A stretch of DNA of 46,672 nucleotides from Paracoccaceae bacterium (GTDB lineage: Bacteria > Pseudomonadota > Alphaproteobacteria > Rhodobacterales > Rhodobacteraceae). The translations under genes were made by a program, and so were the position numbers. Numbering within the stretch: position 1 is the stretch's first letter; every line of letters begins with the position of its first letter. Below are positions 11,950-18,597 of this stretch, piece after piece. Location of the stretch: NCBI GenBank assembly GCA_027045905.1, contig JALTZY010000194.1:1-46672 (forward strand), written 5' to 3'. The notes under the pieces were generated by a model. The model did no database searches. It saw only the letters and a program-made list of their open reading frames with translations, and had not been told where the DNA came from.

Positions 11950-12060
11950 TTTTTCCACGAAAACCGGAGCCCGCCGGCAAAACCCGCTGGGAAGGGTCTT
12001 CAAATCGCGCTAAGCTCGACCTAGATGGATGTTTATACGATTAACATACCGGGAGGACTC

Positions 12061-13137
12061 ATGGCCGATTTCGACGCACAGATACGCGAGAGCAGGGAGC
12101 AGGTGGAGGCCGCACAGGCGAAGATTTCCGAGCTGACCAGCCGCATCGAGGCGGCACGCGAGAAGATGGCGGCGGGCACCGACGTGTCGATCGACATCGA
12201 AAACGCCACGCTCGAGGATGTGCACGCCCATGCCGAGGCCATGAATGCCAATATCGCCGACCTGATCATGGGCCTCGATGAGGTCACCGCCGGATTTTCC
12301 CGCGACTTCGACGAAATGCGCAACAAGACCGGCTGGGAGAAATTCGTCGGCATCTTCGCCCCCGCCAAGGCAGAGAGCATGCGCCAGGAGCGGATGCGCA
12401 CGGCCAGTATCGACGACAAGCTGCAGGACCTGATCGCCAAGTCCGACATCATCGTGAACCTGCTGCAGGGCCAGCTTGACCTACTCAACACCCAGAAGGA
12501 GCGGGTGGAGAAGAACCTGACCGAGACGCTCGACGAGCGCGAGGCGGTGGTGGGCGCGCTCGAGCAGCTTCGCGCCGATATCGAGGCGATGGACCCGAAG
12601 ATCATCGAGCTTGAGAACAGGATCTCGATGGAGCAGGACGCCGCCGAGCGCACCAAGCTCGAGAGCGAACTTGCCGCGCTCAACGCCAAGTATAACGAGA
12701 TGGTGCAGGAAGAGCAGGTGAAGCTGGCGAAAAGCCAGACGCTCGAGCGCTATATCGAGCAGGGCAAGACCTGGATCGACTCCCTGCAGAACCAGGCCGC
12801 GACCCAGATGGTGCTGATCAACAAGCTGCAGACCGACACGAAGCAGCGCGTGGTGCTCTATGACGCGCTGTCCAAGTCGCTCAAGACCGCCCAGCAGCAG
12901 GATGTGGCCCACCGGATCAACGAAATCGGCGTCGAGACCGACAAGGAAGCCCAGGCCGCCATGGCCGCGATCGGGGCGGCCACCAATACCCGCATGGCCG
13001 AGATGATGGAGGCGCATGAAGACAGCATGGTCTTTGCCCGCAAGGTGCTGGAGCAGAAAGCCAGGGCCGACGAGCGCTTCGCGCGGCGGTTTGCCAAGAT
13101 CGTCGAGAAGCACGACAAGAACCTGTATGGCGAATGA
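12061..13137 (+). CDS. 358-aa all-helical coiled-coil protein (TelA-like / PspA-ESCRT-III-like in architecture only), first gene of the orphan cluster
   Basis: ATG 12061 follows a GGGAGG ribosome-binding site. The sequence is Glu/Lys/Gln/Ala-rich and heptad-like throughout, with no TM segment. The codon third positions are typical of the host. Confidence 0.85.
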   Translation: MADFDAQIRESREQVEAAQAKISELTSRIEAAREKMAAGTDVSIDIENATLEDVHAHAEAMNANIADLIMGLDEVTAGFSRDFDEMRNKTGWEKFVGIFAPAKAESMRQERMRTASIDDKLQDLIAKSDIIVNLLQGQLDLLNTQKERVEKNLTETLDEREAVVGALEQLRADIEAMDPKIIELENRISMEQDAAERTKLESELAALNAKYNEMVQEEQVKLAKSQTLERYIEQGKTWIDSLQNQAATQMVLINKLQTDTKQRVVLYDALSKSLKTAQQQDVAHRINEIGVETDKEAQAAMAAIGAATNTRMAEMMEAHEDSMVFARKVLEQKARADERFARRFAKIVEKHDKNLYGE

Positions 13138-13304
13138 AGACCGCTTTCTCCGCCCTGCTGCTCGTGGTGGTCATCGCTCTGGCCAGCTTCAGTTTCGCCC
13201 CGGAAGGCGCGCTCAAGGGGCCGGTGCTGTGGGCCGGCCTGGGGGTGCTGATGCTTGCCGGTGGGTTGGTCTGGTGGCTTGACTGGCGGAGGCGTGATGA
13301 CTGA
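13134..13304 (+). CDS. 56-aa two-TM membrane peptide (below the ORF-track length cutoff)
   Basis: My manual translation is MKTAFSALLLVVVIALASFSFAPEGALKGPVLWAGLGVLMLAGGLVWWLDWRRRDD. Its ATG overlaps the upstream stop (ATGA), and its 3' end overlaps the next ATG by 8 nt. Third codon positions are G/C-rich. Confidence 0.6.
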   Translation: MKTAFSALLLVVVIALASFSFAPEGALKGPVLWAGLGVLMLAGGLVWWLDWRRRDD

Positions 13305-14436
13305 CACCGACTCCCTCACCGCCGATCACCAGAGCCTGACCGACAGCGAGGCGACAAGGCGCTATTTCGCCAAGTTCGAGCGTATCACCCGGCATCTGGC
13401 CCAGGTAGCGGCGCGGATGCAGGGCGAGGGGCAGCTGAGCAGTGCCGAGGTCGAGGTGCTGGCGCGCTATCTGATCGCGCTGGGCTATACGTTCAAGGCG
13501 CTGGACAACAAATATTTCATGGCCGGGCGCGCGCCGGCAGCGGGCGAGCTTACCTTTGACCGGGTGGAGAGCGGCTTTCCGGTGCATGCGGAGCTTTTGC
13601 AGATGGCCGCCGACGCCCAGCAGGCGCGCGCGCACCTGAAGAACATGCCCTCGGGCGAGGATCTGAAGGCCGCCATGGTGCGCGAGATCGTGGGCGAGCT
13701 GAAAGTGCCCACCCGCCTGCAATACGCCTATTCGCAGCGGCTTTACTACGAGGAATTGCTCAAGGGCGATCTGTTCTGGCCGCAGATGCACCCGGATGCC
13801 ATCTGGCAGGGCAATTCCGGCAAGCGCGGGCGCGATCTGAGGCGGCGCTATCTGGTGCATTGGGCGGTCTATGACAGCGTGCGCAACGTGCCCACCGTCT
13901 ACCTGATGGAACTCGAAGATACCGGGCGCATGGCGCTGCCCAGGGACGAGCGCCGCTGGCCCGCGGCGCAGGCGCATCTGCTGGCGCAGAGCACTTCCGG
14001 GCTGAAGCTCGTGACCATTGCCAGCGGGTTCGACCGGGATTTCGACGACCTGCACCCCAAGCGGCTCAAGCGCATCCATCTGGGACCGATGTACAGCCAT
14101 GCCTTTACCAGCCAGCTGGGGCCGTTGCGCGAAGTGCTGGAAGAGGCGAAAAGTCCGCCGGGCGAGGACTGGGCACTGGCCTGGACGGTGGAGGAGCTTG
14201 AGAGCGAGCGGGTGGAGATGGAGAAATCAGGCTGGTTTTCCTCGGTGGAGCGGGAGGTATTCGCGCTGGACCCGTTTTCGGGTCGGGCGACCGACAGCGG
14301 GGCGACGCGCCTTGAGCGCGCGATCATCCTGCCGCAGCGCCCCTATCAGGTGCTGGCGGAGAAGAACCCGCCGGGGTTTCGCGATGTGCGCAAGTTCGTG
14401 GTCAGCCCGGGGGGGCGGGTGCTGAGCTATCGGTAG
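13297..14436 (+). CDS. 379-aa soluble protein of unknown function
   Basis: The ORF has coding-type third-position bias. The start is set at ATG 13297 (MTDTDSLTADHQ), coupled to the small ORF upstream. I recognise no motif in it. Confidence 0.8.
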   Translation: MTDTDSLTADHQSLTDSEATRRYFAKFERITRHLAQVAARMQGEGQLSSAEVEVLARYLIALGYTFKALDNKYFMAGRAPAAGELTFDRVESGFPVHAELLQMAADAQQARAHLKNMPSGEDLKAAMVREIVGELKVPTRLQYAYSQRLYYEELLKGDLFWPQMHPDAIWQGNSGKRGRDLRRRYLVHWAVYDSVRNVPTVYLMELEDTGRMALPRDERRWPAAQAHLLAQSTSGLKLVTIASGFDRDFDDLHPKRLKRIHLGPMYSHAFTSQLGPLREVLEEAKSPPGEDWALAWTVEELESERVEMEKSGWFSSVEREVFALDPFSGRATDSGATRLERAIILPQRPYQVLAEKNPPGFRDVRKFVVSPGGRVLSYR

Positions 14437-14443
14437 GGGGTTC

Positions 14444-14520
14444 GCCGGGCTTGAGCCCGGCGACCGGCCGGGGGCGCTGCCCCCGGACCCCCGGAGTATT
14501 TGCAGAAAGATGAAAAGGGA
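14444..14520 (+). repeat. REP-like element copy B (hairpins GCCGGGC-TTGA-GCCCGGC and CCGGGGG-CGCTG-CCCCCGG plus tail ACCCCCGGAGTATT-TGCA-GAAAGATGAAAAGGG)
   Basis: Read directly. It fills the 90-nt gap between the 379-aa gene and the AAA+ gene. Its purine-rich 3' end (AAGGGA) sits 7 nt before ATG 14527. Confidence 0.8.
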
Positions 14521-14526
14521 AAATCC

Positions 14527-16467
14527 ATGAACATGCCGGCCGATCAGATGGAGCTTCGCGAGGAGGAGATCCGGGCGCATTACGAGGCGGCTTTGGGGTA
14601 TCTGGACGGGTTCGACCATGCACCGCGGATTGCAAAGGCGAAGGAGGCGGCGTCGGTGCGGGAGCGCAGCCCCGGGATCGGCACACGGCGGCGATTTCGC
14701 TCCACCACGCCGGGGCTGGTGGGGCGCTCCACGGCGCGGCCCGAGGGGGTGCGGCTCATCGAGCGGATCGAAGCGGCGGATGGGGGCGATCCGCTGATGA
14801 GCCCGGTGCAGGCGGCGATGCTGCACGGGCTGCGCCGGGCGATTGCCATCTCGCTCGCGGTGGGGGAGGCTTACGGCGAAGCGACCGGGCTGAAGGCGCT
14901 GAAGAAGGACAATCTTGCCGGCGCGCTGCCGCGCAGCCGGGCGGCGGAATTTGCCGAGCTTCTGGCGGCCGAGGCGCTGGTGGTGCTGCATGTCTTTGCC
15001 AATGCCACGGCCTTTCTTCTGGCTTCGCATCGCGGCGAGGTGAGCGTGGAGCTGGGCGCGGTGGAGGAAGTGCTGACCGACAATGCGGCGCTGGCGCTGA
15101 GCGGCGCGCTCTGGGAGCTGGATCAGGACATCGCCGCCTTTGCCGACAGCGAGGCGAAGCTGGTGGCGGTGGTGATCGCCTTTGCCGAGCAGCTGATGGA
15201 GAAGGTGGCGCGGCGCGCCGAGAACGCCCCGCGCCTTGGCCCCTTTACCGGCGCGCGTTACCGGGTGGAGGCGGACGGGCTGACCATTGCCGGGTTTGCG
15301 CCTGCGCGCAGCAGCCGCGGCACCGCCCTGACCATGACGTTCAAGAAGCCCAATGAGGTGGTGGGCAACCATATCGCCAAGTATCAGGCGATGAAGCTCG
15401 CCAAGATGCTGATGGCCTATGATTTCGAGCGCAAGATGAACCCCTTTGCCGAGCTTGGCGGCTTCATCTTCACCTTCATGGGTGACGGGATGCCGGGCAC
15501 CGGCAAGACCACGCTCATACAGATGATGGCCGGGCTGATCAACGATTATTGCCAGGAGGCGGGCTATCCTTTCCGCTATCAGAATCTTTCGACCGAGAGC
15601 ATCGACTCCTACCAGGGCAAGAGCGCGCAGAATGCCAAGGCCTTCATCAACAACGTGCTGGATCCGAACGTGATCGGCTTTGGCACAATCGACGATATCG
15701 ACCAGCTGGCGGGCAAGCGGGGCGACCGGCAGGCTTCGGCCGGGCAGCTTGAGATCACCGCCGTGCTGATGGAGAGCTTTGCCGGGGCCAATACGGTGGT
15801 GCGGGGCAATTGCACCTTCGGCATGTTTTCCAACTACCCCGAGGCGGTGGACGATGCGCTGAGACAGCGGGCCGGCGCCCGGTTCCTGGTGGACGGGCCG
15901 CAGACGCGGGAAGATTACATCGACATCCTCGCCCTGCTTCTGGGCAAGAACCACTCGATCCCGCTCGGAGATCACAAGCTTTATGCGGCGCAGGAGATCA
16001 AGCGCGCCGTGGCCGAGAGCTTCGAGCGCCACAACCGCCCGCGGGAAAGGGCGCTGGAGCGGGTCTATGAGCGGGTGAGCGAGGAACTCGGCAAGCTCGA
16101 TACCATCGCCGAGCTTGGCACTTACCTGAAGGCGATCCAGGAGGCCGATCCGCGCTTTACGGGCCGCGCGATCAAGAACATCACCGATGCGGTCAAGGTG
16201 CGGGCGATGGATTTCGAACTGCCGGACGAATGGATGGAAGAGCCCGAGCTTTTCCTGTTTAAGCCCTATGACGAGAAGAAGGCCATGATAGAAGAGCTGC
16301 GCCGGCCGATCACCGTGGAAATGGTGATCCAGGAGATCAACCGCTATGCCGACAGCGAGTTTCGCTATGCGGAGAAGTCGGACGAGGCGGCGATCAAGGC
16401 GATGGTGCGCGACTTCAGACGCCAGGAAGAGGCCAGGCGGCGGTATCTGGAGGAGAAGGGGGGATGA
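14527..16467 (+). CDS. 646-aa classical-clade AAA+ ATPase with about 300-aa unknown N-terminal domain and about 170-aa helical C-terminal extension
   Basis: Walker A is GMPGTGKTT (15487-15513) and Walker B is VIGFGTIDDID (15670-15702). An SRH-like segment SNYPEAVDDALRQRAGARF lies at about 15828-15890. The start is set at ATG 14527 (MNMPADQ). Confidence 0.9.
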   Translation: MNMPADQMELREEEIRAHYEAALGYLDGFDHAPRIAKAKEAASVRERSPGIGTRRRFRSTTPGLVGRSTARPEGVRLIERIEAADGGDPLMSPVQAAMLHGLRRAIAISLAVGEAYGEATGLKALKKDNLAGALPRSRAAEFAELLAAEALVVLHVFANATAFLLASHRGEVSVELGAVEEVLTDNAALALSGALWELDQDIAAFADSEAKLVAVVIAFAEQLMEKVARRAENAPRLGPFTGARYRVEADGLTIAGFAPARSSRGTALTMTFKKPNEVVGNHIAKYQAMKLAKMLMAYDFERKMNPFAELGGFIFTFMGDGMPGTGKTTLIQMMAGLINDYCQEAGYPFRYQNLSTESIDSYQGKSAQNAKAFINNVLDPNVIGFGTIDDIDQLAGKRGDRQASAGQLEITAVLMESFAGANTVVRGNCTFGMFSNYPEAVDDALRQRAGARFLVDGPQTREDYIDILALLLGKNHSIPLGDHKLYAAQEIKRAVAESFERHNRPRERALERVYERVSEELGKLDTIAELGTYLKAIQEADPRFTGRAIKNITDAVKVRAMDFELPDEWMEEPELFLFKPYDEKKAMIEELRRPITVEMVIQEINRYADSEFRYAEKSDEAAIKAMVRDFRRQEEARRRYLEEKGG

Positions 16468-16781
16468 GTTTTTTCCTCGACATCGCCCTGCCCGTCCTCG
16501 CCCTGATGGGGCTGGCGCTGGGGTTACCCTATCTGTGGGCGCTTTTTGTGCCGGAAGGGATTGGCGGGCTGGTGGTGAGCGGGCTGTTGTCGGTGGCAGT
16601 GATTGCGGCGGCGGTATCGGTTTACCTGCTGATCTGGTATGGTGGGGCGCGCGGCGTGGCTCCGGGCGCGCTCGTGGTATTTCTGGGGCTATGGGTCGCC
16701 AAGACCGCGCTGGCCTGGGCGCCGATGCTGGTGCTGGGGCTGGCGGCGCAGCCGCGGCGCTGGAAGGAGGCGGTGTGGTGA
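16464..16781 (+). CDS. 105-aa three-TM membrane protein
   Basis: Its ATG overlaps the AAA+ stop (ATGA at 16464-16467). It has three hydrophobic stretches of about 22-26 aa. Confidence 0.75.
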   Translation: MSFFLDIALPVLALMGLALGLPYLWALFVPEGIGGLVVSGLLSVAVIAAAVSVYLLIWYGGARGVAPGALVVFLGLWVAKTALAWAPMLVLGLAAQPRRWKEAVW

Positions 16782-16818
16782 GAAAGAGCTTGTGGCGGAC
16801 CCTGTGGATGGTGCGGGA

Positions 16819-16907
16819 GCGAGGGGCCAGCCCCTCGCGCTGCAGGTTGATGCGAGGGGCCAGCCCCTCGCGCTCCCCGGAGTATTTCCCGAAAGATGAA
16901 AGGGGGG
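16819..16907 (+). repeat. REP-like element copy C (tandemly duplicated hairpin GCGAGGGGCCAGCCCCTCGC at 16819-16838 and 16852-16871, plus tail GCTCCCCGGAGTATT-TCCC-GAAAGATGAAAGGGGGG)
   Basis: Read directly. It fills the gap between the 105-aa gene and the 470-aa gene, and its 3' G-run abuts the GTG start at 16909. Confidence 0.8.
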
Positions 16908-16908
16908 C

Positions 16909-18321
16909 GTGGTGAAGCGGCTGATCGAACGCGGGTTGATGTTCGGCAACATGATCCGGGTGGACAGCCCGGCGCTGATCCGCCGCTACAATCGCGCCAT
17001 GAAGGCGCTTTGCGGGCGCGAGACGGCGCTTGGGGAATTTCACATCGACATATCCGGCTACAGCCCCGAAATCGGCGAGGAGCTCGGCGATGAGCTCTAT
17101 CTGAACCCCAATGGCTGCAACCGGCAGTTCATCATTCTCACCACCGAGCAGAAGAAGGCACCTTTGCTCAATGCCAAGTTCTCGACTTCGCGCGGAATAT
17201 TGCGCCGGTTCATCACCGATAACGAGGCGAAGCTGTTTGCGCTCACGGCCAATGACGCGGTGGCCGGCGAGCTTGACAATTCGGTGTTCGAGGTCGAAAG
17301 CCCGGCGCGGCTGTTTGACATCCGTCGCATCGTCGTGCGCGCCGACACCACGCAGGCGCATGTGAAGAATGCCCGCAAGCTGGCCGAGAAGATCGACCGT
17401 TTCATGCAGGAGCCGGATGCCTGGCACGATGATGTGCTGATCGCCGAGATGATCCTGCTGGCGGAAAAGACCGGCGATATCACCCGCAACCCGGTCGATC
17501 TCGACCAGCCTGCCTATGAGCAGGGCAATTTCCACACCTCGCTGTTTGGCGGCATCTACATCTTCCGCGATGTGGAGCATCCGGCGGCGATCGTCATGGG
17601 CGATCGGGGGAAGCTGGGCAAGCTGCCGATTGCCGATACTTTCGGGAGCGATCAGCCCAATGGCATCGCCACCTTTCTTGACCTCAACAATCTGGTCGAG
17701 CCGGTAATCAAGGCGCGCGGGGTCAATGGCGCGCGTATCCTGCGCGAAAAGATGGATTTCATCGTCGTCGATGCCGCCAGCAGCGCCGGGATCGACCTGG
17801 GCGACATGACCCCGCGCGATCTGCACCGCGCCGCCCAGCGGCTGGGGCGTGATCTGCCCGAGGCGTTCAAGGGGCTGGCGGCGCTGGTGCGCTGGGCCGA
17901 AAACGGCGGCAAGTGGCCGCGCATCACCAGCGAGCACCCGGCCTATTTCTACTCCCTGCGCGCGCGCCCCGGCCACCCGGACCGCGACCTGATCAACCAG
18001 CTCCTGGCCGAGCTCAGCCCGCTCGATTTCCGCCAGCTGTTCATCATGCACAAGGAGGCATTCTATGCCGCCTATCGCACATGGGGCGAGCAGAAGCGCG
18101 AATATGCGGCCGAGTTCCTCTACCGCGACTACATGGCCAACAAGGCCGGGGCGCGCGAGGCGCTGTTCGGCGGGCTGGAGGCGGTGCCGGAAGCGCCCGA
18201 TGCGCCGCCTCCGCCGCCCCCGCCTTCGGACGGTGAGAATCTGGTCGATCTGGTCGGCCCCTGGGGCGCGGTCCGGCGCGCGCGCAGGGCATCGCGGAGG
18301 AGGAAGGGACCATGGGACTGA
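16909..18321 (+). CDS. 470-aa soluble protein of unknown function with a Pro-rich then Arg-rich C-terminal tail
   Basis: The ORF starts at GTG 16909 (GTG GTG AAG). It has coding-type codon bias. The tail reads PDAPPPPPPPSDGENLVDLVGPWGAVRRARRASRRRKGPWD. I recognise no catalytic motif. Confidence 0.8.
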   Translation: MVKRLIERGLMFGNMIRVDSPALIRRYNRAMKALCGRETALGEFHIDISGYSPEIGEELGDELYLNPNGCNRQFIILTTEQKKAPLLNAKFSTSRGILRRFITDNEAKLFALTANDAVAGELDNSVFEVESPARLFDIRRIVVRADTTQAHVKNARKLAEKIDRFMQEPDAWHDDVLIAEMILLAEKTGDITRNPVDLDQPAYEQGNFHTSLFGGIYIFRDVEHPAAIVMGDRGKLGKLPIADTFGSDQPNGIATFLDLNNLVEPVIKARGVNGARILREKMDFIVVDAASSAGIDLGDMTPRDLHRAAQRLGRDLPEAFKGLAALVRWAENGGKWPRITSEHPAYFYSLRARPGHPDRDLINQLLAELSPLDFRQLFIMHKEAFYAAYRTWGEQKREYAAEFLYRDYMANKAGAREALFGGLEAVPEAPDAPPPPPPPSDGENLVDLVGPWGAVRRARRASRRRKGPWD

Positions 18322-18587
18322 TCCGCCTGATCGTCTTCGGCTTCATTGCGCTCAGCGTGATCTATTTCGCCATCTCCATCTATTCGCGCTCGGTCAGGCG
18401 CGAGAAGCTCGAAAACCGGTGGGCCGAGGAAAACCCCGGCTCCGATGACATGGAGGCGCGCACCGCCTATGTGGAAAGGGGCCTGAAGGAATACGACAAT
18501 TCCATCCGGCCCAGGCTGATCCTGCTGGTCTATGTCATCCCCACCGTCATCGTCATCGCCACCCTGATCGCCGTCAACTGGAACTGA
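18312..18587 (+). CDS. 91-aa two-TM membrane protein
   Basis: ATG 18312 follows AGGAAGGGA and overlaps the upstream gene by 10 nt. TM segments sit at both ends, with a charged loop between them. Confidence 0.75.
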   Translation: MGLIRLIVFGFIALSVIYFAISIYSRSVRREKLENRWAEENPGSDDMEARTAYVERGLKEYDNSIRPRLILLVYVIPTVIVIATLIAVNWN

Positions 18588-18597
18588 GGAGAGCGCC

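Noticed and set aside
16819-16874. Two identical 23-nt units separated by a 10-nt spacer, considered as a possible mini-CRISPR or direct-repeat array.
   Set aside because: There are only two units, the spacer is far too short, the units are self-complementary hairpins belonging to the REP-like element, and there are no cas genes.
14227-18051. A 1274-aa minus-strand ORF, the longest in the track.
   Set aside because: It runs antisense to four well-supported plus-strand genes (AAA+ with clear Walker motifs, and others). Its translation is Arg/Pro/Gly/Ala-rich low-complexity sequence typical of GC shadow frames, and it crosses two REP-like elements.
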